DNA of 64,000 nucleotides, taken from NCBI GenBank assembly GCA_050253415.1, contig JBFWJC010000001.1, positions 936,679 to 1,000,678 on the forward strand, in the 5' to 3' direction. Of the stretch, positions 29,684 to 39,942 are shown piece by piece; the stretch's first letter is position 1; every line of letters begins with the position of its first letter. The notes beneath the pieces are model-generated. The model saw only the letters and a list, made by a program, of their open reading frames with translations. It was not told the origin of the DNA and ran no database searches. The DNA is from Pedobacter sp. Lineage in GTDB: Bacteria > Desulfobacterota > Desulfuromonadia > Desulfuromonadales > Syntrophotaleaceae. Made by a program: the position numbers and the translations under genes.

Positions 29684-29908
29684 TCAATAAGGTGAGAAAG
29701 CGATATCATCCTCTTCGTGAAGTTCGGTATCCAGTTCGCATTCCTTGTAGTTGATAAAAACCAGCTTTATTTTATCGGGGTTAAGCTGCAACCTTGTTGC
29801 AAGTTCCCCTGCGGTGGTCCCAGTTGGTACGTCATGCAGGGTGCTATCGTGGTAGTTGCAGACGTTTTCTTTGGATAGATTGAGCAGACATTTGACGTGT
29901 ACGTTCAT
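29684..29908 (-). CDS. MoaD/ThiS-like beta-grasp protein lacking C-terminal Gly-Gly
   Basis: V.VK, VP.GTT..EL...L.L, KLVFIN, LDT.L.E.D.IAF.P. Confidence 0.7.
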   Translation of the reverse strand: MNVHVKCLLNLSKENVCNYHDSTLHDVPTGTTAGELATRLQLNPDKIKLVFINYKECELDTELHEEDDIAFSPY

Positions 29909-30245
29909 AAGGCCGCACACCCCCTTTCGCGAGTCTATACGGTTAGTTTACCATCTGTGTCCGGTTGGGTGCAAAGCACGTTCAACAATGGTGGTGGCGC
30001 AATTGTGGTTGCAAAAAGGGGGACTATCCTCCGATGTGAGGAGACCTGTCCATCTGTTCGTGGTGTGTCTTGCCTGTTCCATGGCAGCTGTTTGATTTAT
30101 GCAATGAACCGCCACTTTGGCTCAAAAACTATTTTTTTAGGCATTGTTATTGCTGTATCTGCTCATTAAGACGATTTTTTTTGAATCCGTTGGGTTGTCG
30201 GCAATAGACAGCGTGGCGCCTGTTTTTCTAATAATGTAGGGGGAA

Positions 30246-31499
30246 GTGGTGAAAAAAGTTCTGGTTGCTGAGGATTCCGGTTTTTTTGGACGCATGTTGA
30301 AGAAAAAACTGGAAGCGGAAACGGGCGCTCAGGTCTGTTGGGCGCAAACGATGGAAGAAGCCGGTCAATTCGTTGACCAGGGGTTGGATGGATTTTGTGC
30401 CGCTATCGTCAACTTCAATCTTCCGGATGCTCCTGGCGGCGAAATTGTCACCATGCTGGGTGAACGGAATATTCCGGTCATTGTCTTTACCAGCGTGGTC
30501 AATAAGCAGATTCGCGATCGTATCTGGGAAAAGAAGGTCGTCGATTATGTGTACAAGGAAGGTGCCCAGAGTCTCGATTATCTGGCCTCGTTGCTCCTGA
30601 GGCTCGAACGCAACCGCAAGATCAAGGTCATGATTGTGGACGACTCCCCCATGCAACGAGAGGTTATGGCGGATTTGCTGCGTGTGCATCGCTACCAGGT
30701 GCTGGAAGCGTCCGATGGCAAAGAGGCGTTGGACTTGCTGTCGCAGCATCCGGAAGTAAAACTGGTGGTCAGTGATTTTCATATGCCCCACATGGACGGG
30801 TTTGAGCTGACCCAGAACATCCGCAAAACCCATTCCCGGCAGGATATGGCCATTATCGGGATTTCGGCGCTGGGCGATAATGTTATGGCCGCACGCTTCC
30901 TCAAGTGCGGTGCCAACGATTTTATTATCAAGCAGCACTTTCTGACCGAGGAGTTTTATTGCCGCGTGACCCAGAGTATCGAAAACCTGGAAAATATTCA
31001 GGCCATTCAAAAGGCGGCAATTACCGACTTTCTCACCGGGGTTTCCAATCGGCGGTTTTTGATCGACCATGGAGAGCGTGTTTACCAGCAAATGCTTGGC
31101 AGTTGCACTTCCCTGTGTTGCGCCATGCTCGATATCGATCATTTTAAAAAGGTGAACGATACCTTCGGTCACCACGCCGGAGATATGACCCTCAAACGGG
31201 TAGCGGACCTGCTGCGGGAGTATCTGCCGGAATCGGGTATCCTGGCGCGTATCGGCGGCGAAGAGTTTTGCGCCCTGGTGCCGGGCTCCAGGGAGGAGAT
31301 CGTCGCGTTATTTGAGGAAATTCGTAGCGCAATTGCCGAGCTGCCGGTTTCGCTGGCACCGGGCAGCGAAACCTTCCATATTACTGTCAGTACCGGTATC
31401 TGCTCCGAGCCCGGCCGTAATCTTCTCGATATGCTGAGCAGGGCAGACGCTTATCTCTATCAGGCCAAAAAAGAAGGTCGCGACCGGGTCGTTTTCTGA
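30246..31499 (+). CDS. REC-REC-GGDEF diguanylate cyclase
   Basis: Two receiver domains; DFLTGVSNRR, DIDHFKKVNDTFGH.AGD, RIGGEEF. Confidence 0.93.
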   Translation: MVKKVLVAEDSGFFGRMLKKKLEAETGAQVCWAQTMEEAGQFVDQGLDGFCAAIVNFNLPDAPGGEIVTMLGERNIPVIVFTSVVNKQIRDRIWEKKVVDYVYKEGAQSLDYLASLLLRLERNRKIKVMIVDDSPMQREVMADLLRVHRYQVLEASDGKEALDLLSQHPEVKLVVSDFHMPHMDGFELTQNIRKTHSRQDMAIIGISALGDNVMAARFLKCGANDFIIKQHFLTEEFYCRVTQSIENLENIQAIQKAAITDFLTGVSNRRFLIDHGERVYQQMLGSCTSLCCAMLDIDHFKKVNDTFGHHAGDMTLKRVADLLREYLPESGILARIGGEEFCALVPGSREEIVALFEEIRSAIAELPVSLAPGSETFHITVSTGICSEPGRNLLDMLSRADAYLYQAKKEGRDRVVF

Positions 31500-31678
31500 T
31501 TGCCAACGCACCAGCCTGGCGTACCAAGCCAAACGGAGGGTGGTAAGCGTTTTTGACCCCCGCGTTTTCCTTTTCATGGGAGTTGCCATCCTTGCGTATT
31601 GCGCAAGGATGGTTAGTCTTTATGAGACTGTATGCAAACTGCCGGCGGAATCGCCGGCCTTGAAAAGGAGATGGTTGC

Positions 31679-32419
31679 ATGGTGCGGCTTAAAAACCTGT
31701 TGATCGGCGGCGTTTGTGTCCTGGGCGTTGTTTTTTTCATGCAGAACGCTCATGCGGGATTTCAGGATTTCTTCAAGGGCGTGCAGGATGTTTTTACCGG
31801 TAGCGCCTCGTTAACCGATGGCGATATAGCTGCCGGCCTCAAGGAGGCCTTGCAGATCGGGACCGGAAATGCCGTGGCCAATGTCGGCAAGGTGGGAGGC
31901 TATCTGGACAACCCGCAGATTCGTATTCCGCTGCCGGGGCCGTTGGAAAAGTCCGAGAATTTACTGCGTCTCGCCGGATACGGGTCGCAGGTTGATGCTT
32001 TTTCCCAAAGTATCAACCGTGCCGCAGAAGTAGCCGCTCCCCAGGCCAAGGAGCTCTTCTGGCAGGCCATCCGGGAGATGAGTATCGAGGATGCACGCCA
32101 GATCCTTGGCGGTGGCGATACGGCGGCAACCACCTACTTCAAGGAAAAAACCAGCGGTAATCTGCGGGAAATTTTCAAACCCATAATCCACGATTCCATG
32201 GCAAAAGTCGGTGCGACGCGCTATTTTCAGGATCTTGATGCAAAGGTTAAGGCCATTCCTTTCGCCGGTAGCCTGAACCTGGATCTCGACAGTTATGTTA
32301 CGGATGGTGCCTTGAACGGCCTGTTTACGGTGGTTGCGGAGGAAGAACGGAAAATCCGGCAGAACCCGGCGGCACGCACCACCGATCTGCTTAAAAAAGT
32401 ATTCTCCGCCGGGGGATAA
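31679..32419 (+). CDS. DUF4197 family exported protein
   Basis: GLKEAL.IG...AV, IRIPLP, NRAAE.A, DA..IL.GG..AAT.YF, EE.KIR.NPAART.DLL.KVF. Confidence 0.9.
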   Translation: MVRLKNLLIGGVCVLGVVFFMQNAHAGFQDFFKGVQDVFTGSASLTDGDIAAGLKEALQIGTGNAVANVGKVGGYLDNPQIRIPLPGPLEKSENLLRLAGYGSQVDAFSQSINRAAEVAAPQAKELFWQAIREMSIEDARQILGGGDTAATTYFKEKTSGNLREIFKPIIHDSMAKVGATRYFQDLDAKVKAIPFAGSLNLDLDSYVTDGALNGLFTVVAEEERKIRQNPAARTTDLLKKVFSAGG

Positions 32420-32607
32420 TCAGGGACCTTGAACGCTTGCGCTTGAGGCTATAGGCCTGGCGCAGTCCGAACGGCGGTGCAAGTCTGTCGGTTGCACTCC
32501 TGTCGCGTACGCCGGCATTGACCTTTCCCCTTGTTTTACGCTATGATTCACTGTCCATCGGGCCTTCAAGGCCCGGTTTTTTTTCATTTAAAGCACGAGG
32601 TTGTACA

Positions 32608-34194
32608 GTGAGCAAGAACCACCGCAAAGAAGTTGATCGCCGCCGCACCTTCGGTATCATCAGCCACCCGGACGCCGGTAAAACCACTCTGACCGAAAAA
32701 TTACTGTTGTTCGGCGGCGCGATCCAGATGGCCGGTGCGGTCAAGGCCCGCAAGGCGGCGCGCCACGCCACCAGCGACTGGATGGCCATGGAGCAGGAAC
32801 GCGGCATCTCGGTAACATCGTCGGTAATGAAGTTCAATTATCGCAACTACGAGATCAACCTTCTCGATACCCCCGGTCACCAGGACTTCTCAGAAGATAC
32901 CTACCGGGTGTTGACGGCGGTGGACAGCGCACTGATGGTGATCGACAGCGCCAAGGGCGTCGAAACCCAGACCCAGAAGCTGATGGAAGTCTGCCGCATG
33001 CGCAACACGCCTATCGTGACCTTCATCAACAAACTGGACCGCGAAGGGCGCGAGCCCCTCGATCTGCTGGCGGATATCGAAGAGACCCTGCAGATCGAAT
33101 GCGCGCCGTTGTCCTGGCCCATCGGCATGGGCAAGCGTTTCAAGGGTACCTACAACCTGTATCGCAAGCAGCTTTGCCTGTTTACAGCCGGCCAGGAGAC
33201 CCGTCCGCAGGACATGGTGGTGATCGAAGACCTGAACGATCCGCGGCTCGACGAACTGCTGGGCAGCCAGGCCGATCAGCTGCGTGAGGATATCGATCTT
33301 CTGGAAGGGGCGGCCAACCCCTTCGATCCGGAGGAATATCTCAAAGGCAACCAGACGCCGGTTTTTTTCGGCAGTGCCATCAATAACTTCGGGGTGCAGG
33401 AAATGCTCGACGCATTTGTCGAACAGGCTCCCGCGCCGCGTCCGGCCCCGACCACCACGCGCGAGGTGTCTCCCTACGAAGAGGAGTTTTCCGGGTATGT
33501 GTTCAAGATCCAGGCGAATATGGATCCGGCGCATCGCGACCGCATCGCGTTTTTCCGTATCTGCTCAGGTACTTTTCAGCGCGGTATGAAAGTTCGCCAT
33601 CATCGCATCGGCAAGGATGTCAATATCTCCAATGCCACCATCTTCATGGCCCAGGACCGCACCAACGTCGAGGAAGCCTTCCCCGGGGATATCATCGGTA
33701 TTCATAATCACGGTACCATCAAAATCGGCGATACCTTTACCGACAAAGAGCCTCTCAAGTTTACCGGGATCCCCAGCTTCGCTCCGGAACACTTTCGTCG
33801 CGTGCGGTTGAAAAACCCCCTCAAGAGCAAGCAGCTGGAAAAAGGTCTGGTTCAGCTGGCCGAGGAAGGTGCCGTGCAGCTGTTCCGGCCGCTCTACAAT
33901 ACCGACTATATTCTGGGCGCGGTGGGGGTTCTGCAGTTCGATGTGATCATGTCGCGGCTTAAAACCGAATACAGTGTCGATGCTGTTTATGAAGGGGTGG
34001 AATATGCCACCGCGCGTTGGGTGGAATGCGACGACCGCAAGGTCATGGAAGATTTCGAGAGGAAAAGCCAGATCAATCTGGCCTATGACGCGGAAGGTAA
34101 CCTGGCCTACCTGGCTTCAAGCGAATGGCGTCTCGGGCACACCATGGAGCAATGGCCCCAGGTGATATTCCATAAGACCCGGGAACATAATTGA
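32608..34194 (+). CDS. prfC: Peptide chain release factor 3
   Basis: [49 protein letters not shown] before GTG 32608. Confidence 0.97.
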   Translation: MSKNHRKEVDRRRTFGIISHPDAGKTTLTEKLLLFGGAIQMAGAVKARKAARHATSDWMAMEQERGISVTSSVMKFNYRNYEINLLDTPGHQDFSEDTYRVLTAVDSALMVIDSAKGVETQTQKLMEVCRMRNTPIVTFINKLDREGREPLDLLADIEETLQIECAPLSWPIGMGKRFKGTYNLYRKQLCLFTAGQETRPQDMVVIEDLNDPRLDELLGSQADQLREDIDLLEGAANPFDPEEYLKGNQTPVFFGSAINNFGVQEMLDAFVEQAPAPRPAPTTTREVSPYEEEFSGYVFKIQANMDPAHRDRIAFFRICSGTFQRGMKVRHHRIGKDVNISNATIFMAQDRTNVEEAFPGDIIGIHNHGTIKIGDTFTDKEPLKFTGIPSFAPEHFRRVRLKNPLKSKQLEKGLVQLAEEGAVQLFRPLYNTDYILGAVGVLQFDVIMSRLKTEYSVDAVYEGVEYATARWVECDDRKVMEDFERKSQINLAYDAEGNLAYLASSEWRLGHTMEQWPQVIFHKTREHN

Positions 34195-34254
34195 CGGATA
34201 TCACCGAAAAAAGCATGTGCTTTCAAAGTTGAGAAAATACATACCGGTAAGACT

Positions 34255-34290
34255 CAGCCCCTCAGGACTCCCTGGGGGGCTGTTTTGTTT
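34255..34290 (+). terminator. Terminator of prfC
   Basis: cagcccctcagg-actc-cctggggggctg followed by ttttgttt. Confidence 0.8.
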
Positions 34291-34324
34291 CCAGCTCATT
34301 CTCTTTGGTGAAAAAGGCGGATAT

Positions 34325-34438
34325 GGGATCCGTCATAGGGCCGCCCAGCACGGTCCATGGCCGCAGGATTCCTCTCCGGCAGGTGCAAACCGCTGGAGAC
34401 GGCGGGCGGGGCTGTCCCCTACCCTGACGGCAGAGCCC
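34325..34438. other. GC-rich multi-stem element upstream of the second MCP
   Basis: ccgtca/tgacgg, taggg/cccta, ccgccc/gggcgg, GCAAA-ccgctg-GAGA-cggcgg. Confidence 0.45.
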
Positions 34439-34579
34439 TTTTAAAAAAATTACAGGAGGATCCCCCATTTGGGGGATAGTAAGAATTTCAAATATGAGTA
34501 TTCTAACACTTCCTTTTCCCAAGGCATGTATCCGCAATCGGGAATCAATTCGTTATTAGGAACAAGGGAGGATAAGTAT

Positions 34580-36694
34580 TTGAAAATTCGTTCGATTCAG
34601 ATGAAAATTACCCTTTTTGCCGGGCTCTGCCTGTTTCTTACGGCTGGTACCATTATCTTCAGTTCGGCGATAACCCTCCGCAACCAGTCCATGAGAACGG
34701 CTGAAAACAATGCCCTGGCAGTTGCGCAAAAGTATAGTGGGGAAATACTCTCCACGCTTGAAGATGCGCGCTCTTTTACCCATGGCCTGGCCAGTATCCT
34801 GGGGGCGACCAAAAACCGGGCTATGCCGATTCAGTTGGAGCGTGTCGAAGCCCAGGCGATGTTGCGTGAAGCTTTTTTGCAGAATCCGCAATTTTTTGGC
34901 GGGGGGACGGCATGGGAGCCGAATGCTTTCGATGGCAAGGACGCAGAGTATGCCGCGGACGGAAACTATGATGCCTCCGGGCGGATGATTTCTTACTGGT
35001 ATCAGGATGGTGCCGCCGGAGTAAAATACGATGTCCTGGTGGACTACGACAACGAAGATGTTGGGGATTGGTATTTCTTACCGAAGAAACTGCACCATGA
35101 GATCCTTTCAGAGCCTTATCTGTATCCTGTTGGCGGCGTCGATGTGCTGATGGCCACCGTCGCTTCACCCATTATGGTCGATGGGACCTTTTATGGCGTG
35201 ACAACGGCCGACTTCACTCTCGAATTCCTCCAACAACTGGCCAACGACAATAAGGTTTTTGGGGGGGCTGGAAAAACCGCGATCATTACCAATTGCGGCA
35301 CTGTGGCGGGGATGACAGACAATCCAGAAGCCAGTGGCAAGCCTTGGGCCGAAGCTGATGCAACAGGTGCTTCCTATTATGCTCGGTTGCCAAAGGGGGA
35401 AGCGGTACTCGATTGGAGTGAGCGTGGGCTGGAAGTTTTCGTGCCTCTTACCCTGGGTAACACCGATACGCCATGGTGGGTACATGTCATGGTACCCAAG
35501 GCGGTCGCCCTGGGCGAGGTGGCGGCCATTATGTGGCGGCAAATCGGAATCGGTGTGGTGTGCATCGTCATAGCCCTGGTATTGCTCTGGCTGATTGCAC
35601 GGGGACTGGCCCGGCCTATTAGGCAGGGGGCGCAAATGGCCAGGGAGATAGCCCTTGGCGACCTGTCGCAGCGACTGAGCTTGAGACAGGAAGATGAAGT
35701 CGGAAAGCTGGCGGGGGCGTTAAATGACATGGCGGCCTCGCTGCAGCAAAAAGCCGAATTAACGGAGCAGATTTCCAACGGCAACCTGAGCCTTGAGGTG
35801 CCACTGGCATCCGATAAGGATCAGTTGGGTAAAGCATTGCAACGCATGACTGAAAATCTCAATATGTTGTTGGGGCAGGTGCAGGCGACCGGCGAGGAGA
35901 TTCTGACAGGAGCGACTCAAATTTCCGACGCCAGTCAATCGCTATCCCAAGGGGCGACGGAATCTGCCGCATCGATGGAGGAAATTTCAGCTTCGATGAT
36001 GCAGTTAACCACCCAGACCGGTAATAACGCGGATAATGCCGAGCAAGCCAAAAGGCTGTCTTTAAACAGCAAACAAGGGGCCGAGCAGGGCAATCAGCTT
36101 ATGGTCGAGATGGTCAAGGCCATGAGCGAAATCGAGGATTCCGGCGCAAATATATCAAAAATCATCAAGGTGATCGATGATATCGCCTTTCAGACCAATC
36201 TGTTGGCATTGAACGCTGCTGTCGAAGCTGCGCGTGCCGGTCAGCACGGCAAGGGCTTTGCCGTTGTTGCCGAGGAGGTTCGTAACCTTGCGGCGCGGAG
36301 TGCCAAAGCCGCCCATGAAACGTCGGATCTCATCGAAAATTCGGTGGCAAAAACCCTTAATGGTACGGGAATCGCGCGCAAAACGGCGGAGGCTTTGACT
36401 GAAATCGTTGCTGCGACCACCACGGTATCGGATCTGGTGGCCGAAATATCCGAAGCGTCGAAAGAACAGGCGGCCGGTATTCAGGAAATTAATCAGGGGT
36501 TGGGGCAGATCGAGGCCGTGACACAGCAAAATACCGCCAATGCAGAAGAAACGGCGGCCTCTACGGAGGAGCTTTCCAGTCAGGTCGCGCAGCTCAATCA
36601 TATGCTGGAAAATTTCAAATTAAAAGGCAGTGTGTTCCGTGGGGGGTCCAATGTCGCAGCAAGGAATGCGCATCCAGCCTTGCCGGAAGTTTGA
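34580..36694 (+). CDS. Methyl-accepting chemotaxis protein with dCache sensor
   Basis: [26 protein letters not shown] signature; GGAGG RBS before TTG 34580. Confidence 0.95.
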   Translation: MKIRSIQMKITLFAGLCLFLTAGTIIFSSAITLRNQSMRTAENNALAVAQKYSGEILSTLEDARSFTHGLASILGATKNRAMPIQLERVEAQAMLREAFLQNPQFFGGGTAWEPNAFDGKDAEYAADGNYDASGRMISYWYQDGAAGVKYDVLVDYDNEDVGDWYFLPKKLHHEILSEPYLYPVGGVDVLMATVASPIMVDGTFYGVTTADFTLEFLQQLANDNKVFGGAGKTAIITNCGTVAGMTDNPEASGKPWAEADATGASYYARLPKGEAVLDWSERGLEVFVPLTLGNTDTPWWVHVMVPKAVALGEVAAIMWRQIGIGVVCIVIALVLLWLIARGLARPIRQGAQMAREIALGDLSQRLSLRQEDEVGKLAGALNDMAASLQQKAELTEQISNGNLSLEVPLASDKDQLGKALQRMTENLNMLLGQVQATGEEILTGATQISDASQSLSQGATESAASMEEISASMMQLTTQTGNNADNAEQAKRLSLNSKQGAEQGNQLMVEMVKAMSEIEDSGANISKIIKVIDDIAFQTNLLALNAAVEAARAGQHGKGFAVVAEEVRNLAARSAKAAHETSDLIENSVAKTLNGTGIARKTAEALTEIVAATTTVSDLVAEISEASKEQAAGIQEINQGLGQIEAVTQQNTANAEETAASTEELSSQVAQLNHMLENFKLKGSVFRGGSNVAARNAHPALPEV

Positions 36695-36766
36695 TAGTCT
36701 GTCGGCCGTTGGGTGGACAGTGGTCCATCGGCACCAAATACGCTTAAACCATTTCTAAAATGATGC

Positions 36767-36797
36767 ATGGCCATCTCGCAAGAGGTGGCCATTTTTA
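36767..36797 (+). terminator. Intrinsic terminator
   Basis: atggccatctc-gcaa-gaggtggccat followed by tttt. Confidence 0.8.
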
Positions 36798-36971
36798 TCC
36801 ATGCGAAGTGGGTGAAGAAAAATCTAGGAAGAACTCCGCCGTTTTTGTTATCTTCTCATCGTACGTCCAGTTCGATTTAAACGTTTCCGAGCGTTGGATA
36901 CAACGGTGAAGCTGCGCGGTCTCGAGGAGATTTGCCAGAACATTATCTGAACGATATGGGAGATATAAACG

Positions 36972-38378
36972 ATGCTCAGAACGACCGGCTTAGGTAGCCG
37001 CAAAACCCGTATCATCGATGCCATACGAGCACAGCAGGCTATGTCGCAGTTATGCGTATGCGGCTGGGCGCGTACCGTGCGGCGCGGTAAGGATGTGACC
37101 TTTATCGCCCTGAACGACGGTTCCTGTCTGGCGAATTTGCAGGTGGTACTTACGCCGGATATGGAGGGGTTCGAAACCGTGTCGCGCTGCGGTACCGGTG
37201 CCGCCCTGGCTATCGAAGGCGATCTGGTCCCTTCACCGGCTGCCGGTCAGACCTGGGAACTGCACGCCCGCCAGGTGAAAATCCTTGGCGATACCGACGG
37301 TACTTACCCCCTGCAGAAAAAACGCCACAGCTTTGAGTTTCTGCGTTCCATCGCGCATCTGCGTCCACGGGCCAATGCCTTTGGCGCGGTGTTTCGGGTG
37401 CGCAGTGCGCTGGCCTTTGCCATTCACCGGTTTTTCCGGGAGCGTGGATTCCTGTATGTGCATACGCCGATTATCACCGCCAACGACTGCGAAGGGGCCG
37501 GGGAGATGTTTCGGGTCAGCACCCTGTCGGCGGACTGTCCGCCCATGCAGGACGGAGCGATCGACTGGCGGGAGGACTTTTTCGGGGAAAAAACCGGTCT
37601 GACAGTCAGCGGCCAGTTGCAGGGTGAGCTGTTTGCGACGGCGTTTTCCGATATCTATACCTTTGGCCCGACCTTTCGCGCTGAAAATTCCCATACCAGT
37701 CGGCATGCCGCCGAATTTTGGATGATCGAACCGGAGATGGCGTTTGCCGATCTGGCCGACGATTGCGCCCTGGCGGAAGACTTCCTGCGTTATCTGGTAC
37801 GTTTTGCCCTGAACGAATGTGCCGAGGACCTGGCTTTTTTCAACGAACGCATCGAACCGGGCCTGATCGACAAACTTGAAAAGCTCTCCAACGCCGAATT
37901 TTCCAGCATGACCTACAGCGAAGCGATTGCGCGTTTGCAGCAGGCGAAGACCGATTTTGAATTTCCTGTCAGTTGGGGTGCGGACCTGCAGTCGGAGCAC
38001 GAACGTTACCTCACCGAGCAGGTGGTTGGCGGGCCCCTGTTCGTGACCGATTATCCGGCCGACATCAAGGCCTTTTACATGCGCCTGAACGATGATGGCC
38101 GCACGGTCGCGGCCATGGATCTGTTGGTTCCGAGGGTGGGTGAAATCATCGGTGGCAGTCAGCGCGAAGAGCGGCTTGATGTGTTGCAGAACAAGATGCG
38201 TCAGGTCGGAATCGATCCCCAGCACCTGGACTGGTATCTGGATACCCGCCGCTGGGGCAGTTGTCCGCACGCCGGGTTCGGGCTTGGTTTCGAGCGATTG
38301 CTGATGTATGTGACCGGCATGGAAAACATTCGCGATGTGATACCGTTCCCGCGCACGCCGGGTAACGCACGATTCTAA
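36972..38378 (+). CDS. asnS: Asparagine--tRNA ligase
   Basis: FIALNDGS, YPLQKK, LTVSGQL, GPTFRAENS.TSRH, GEIIGGSQRE, PHAGFGLGFER. Confidence 0.96.
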   Translation: MLRTTGLGSRKTRIIDAIRAQQAMSQLCVCGWARTVRRGKDVTFIALNDGSCLANLQVVLTPDMEGFETVSRCGTGAALAIEGDLVPSPAAGQTWELHARQVKILGDTDGTYPLQKKRHSFEFLRSIAHLRPRANAFGAVFRVRSALAFAIHRFFRERGFLYVHTPIITANDCEGAGEMFRVSTLSADCPPMQDGAIDWREDFFGEKTGLTVSGQLQGELFATAFSDIYTFGPTFRAENSHTSRHAAEFWMIEPEMAFADLADDCALAEDFLRYLVRFALNECAEDLAFFNERIEPGLIDKLEKLSNAEFSSMTYSEAIARLQQAKTDFEFPVSWGADLQSEHERYLTEQVVGGPLFVTDYPADIKAFYMRLNDDGRTVAAMDLLVPRVGEIIGGSQREERLDVLQNKMRQVGIDPQHLDWYLDTRRWGSCPHAGFGLGFERLLMYVTGMENIRDVIPFPRTPGNARF

Positions 38379-38434
38379 ACGGCAATCTGTAAGCTGAGAC
38401 AAGTGACAGGGTTCAGACAGGAGTAGATAGCGAA

Positions 38435-38617
38435 ATGGTGGAATACAAGGTGGTGGAAACCAGTCTGGTGACGGACGATTCCCTGCAGGAGATCCTGAAC
38501 GAATGGACCTCTCGCGGGTGGCAATATGACGGCATGCAGTTTGCCATGCGTGAAGCCAGCAAGCGCCCGGCCATGGCTTTTGTGCTTTTTACCCGCGCGG
38601 CAGAAAAACAAGCTTGA
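38435..38617 (+). CDS. DUF4177-like small protein
   Basis: EYKVVE, LNEW...GW, FVLF.R. Confidence 0.8.
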   Translation: MVEYKVVETSLVTDDSLQEILNEWTSRGWQYDGMQFAMREASKRPAMAFVLFTRAAEKQA

Positions 38618-38621
38618 GACC

Positions 38622-38798
38622 TCAGTCGTCCCAATTCTCCTCGTCGCGATAGATGATGGTTTTCTTGGGGTCTGAGGACGGAGAGGCACCGCAGAATTCA
38701 CATGCCGGCACCACCGGTTCGTCATCCAGGATTTCCTCGTAGGTCAGTTCAATCGGTTCGCCGGTGCAGGTGCAATACCATTTGCGATAGACGGTCAT
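38622..38798 (-). CDS. 58-aa putative Zn-ribbon protein, not in the ORF track
   Basis: Manual translation MTVYRKWYCTCTGEPIELTYEEILDDEPVVPACEFCGASPSSDPKKTIIYRDEENWDD; AAGGAG RBS. Confidence 0.8.
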   Translation of the reverse strand: MTVYRKWYCTCTGEPIELTYEEILDDEPVVPACEFCGASPSSDPKKTIIYRDEENWDD

Positions 38799-38885
38799 GG
38801 TGGCTCCTTGGCAACATGGGCTGTATGTTTCCGACCTGATTTATTCTCTTACTTACATCATACCTGTAAAGTGGACGCTGGCAAA

Positions 38886-38935
38886 GGGTGCTGAGTGCTG
38901 AGTCGACCCGGTGGGGTTCGATCCTCTCAGCACCC
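38886..38935. repeat. Hairpin with tandem GTGCTGA heptamers and a T-loop-like motif, downstream of trpS
   Basis: gggtgctgag (38886-38895) / ctcagcaccc (38926-38935); internal GGTTCGATCC. Confidence 0.7.
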
Positions 38936-38946
38936 AGCCCTCGTCT

Positions 38947-39912
38947 TTAGTAGGCTAATCCCGTTTTTTTTCGCACCTTGCGCAGGATTTTGGAGGCTGC
39001 ATAACGAGCTTTTTGAGCGCCCTCTGCGAGGATGCCGCGCAGATGGTCTTTGTCCGCCAGTAGTTCTTCACGGCGCAGGGTAAAGGGGGCGAAAAAGTCG
39101 CGTACCGTTTCGAACAGTTCCTGCTTGACCTCGCCGTAACCGAGTCCTCCGGCCAGGTAGCGCTGACGCAGAGCTTCTTCCTGCTGTTTGTCCAGGAAAA
39201 GCCGGTAAATCTGGAAGACGTTGCAGGTGTCCGGATTTTTCGGGTCCTCGACGGGGGTGGGGTCGGTAACGATGCGCATCACCTGCTTGCGCAGGGCTTT
39301 TTCGTCGAGGAACAGGTCGATGGTGTTTTTGTAGCTTTTGCTCATCTTCTGTCCGTCGAGACCGGGGATGGTGGCGACGTTGTCATCGATATCCGGCTCA
39401 GGGACTACCAGTACCTCACCGTATTCGTTGTTGAATTTGATGGCGATGTCGCGGGCCACTTCCAGATGTTGTTTTTGATCCTTGCCGACCGGCACCAGCT
39501 CACCCCCGTACAGCAGAATATCGGCAGCCATCAGTACCGGATAGGCGAACAGGCCGTGGTTGGGTGCAATGCCTTTGGCGACTTTGTCCTTGTAGCTGTG
39601 GCAGCGTTCCAGTAGCCCCATGGGGGTGAAATTGGACAGGGCCCAGGTCAGTTCCTGTACTTCCGGCACGTCGGATTGTACCCAGAATACGCTTTTTCCC
39701 GGATCGAGCCCCAACGCCAGGAAGTTGGCCGCAGCTTCAAGAGTGCCTTTGGCGAGCGCCTTGCCGTCCGGCACGCTGGTCATGGCGTGGTAGTTGGCGA
39801 TGAAGCAGAACAGCTCATGGTGTTCCTGATAGTCGATCATTTTCTTCATCATGCCGAAATAATTGCCCAGGTGCAAAGAACCGGAAGGCTGGATGCCTGA
39901 AAGAACGCGCAT
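38947..39912 (-). CDS. trpS: Tryptophan--tRNA ligase
   Basis: SGIQPSG.LHLGNY, YPVLMAADIL, VPVGKDQ.QH, KMSKS; GAGG RBS before ATG 39912. Confidence 0.97.
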   Translation of the reverse strand: MRVLSGIQPSGSLHLGNYFGMMKKMIDYQEHHELFCFIANYHAMTSVPDGKALAKGTLEAAANFLALGLDPGKSVFWVQSDVPEVQELTWALSNFTPMGLLERCHSYKDKVAKGIAPNHGLFAYPVLMAADILLYGGELVPVGKDQKQHLEVARDIAIKFNNEYGEVLVVPEPDIDDNVATIPGLDGQKMSKSYKNTIDLFLDEKALRKQVMRIVTDPTPVEDPKNPDTCNVFQIYRLFLDKQQEEALRQRYLAGGLGYGEVKQELFETVRDFFAPFTLRREELLADKDHLRGILAEGAQKARYAASKILRKVRKKTGLAY

Positions 39913-39942
39913 GGGGGGTACCTCGTTGGTTGGGGTAAGCAT

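Noticed and set aside
29660..29686. Selenocysteine read-through at the TGA of the MoaD-like gene
   Set aside because: Adds only IKIIG; the nearby hairpin is better explained as a bidirectional terminator
30246..31499. Hypr GGDEF (c-AMP-GMP synthase) as partner of the riboswitch
   Set aside because: The specificity position in NDTFGHHAGD is Asp, as in canonical diguanylate cyclases
36800..36971. T-box or leader peptide before asnS (also checked before glyQ)
   Set aside because: No T-box consensus, terminator or cognate-codon-rich leader seen
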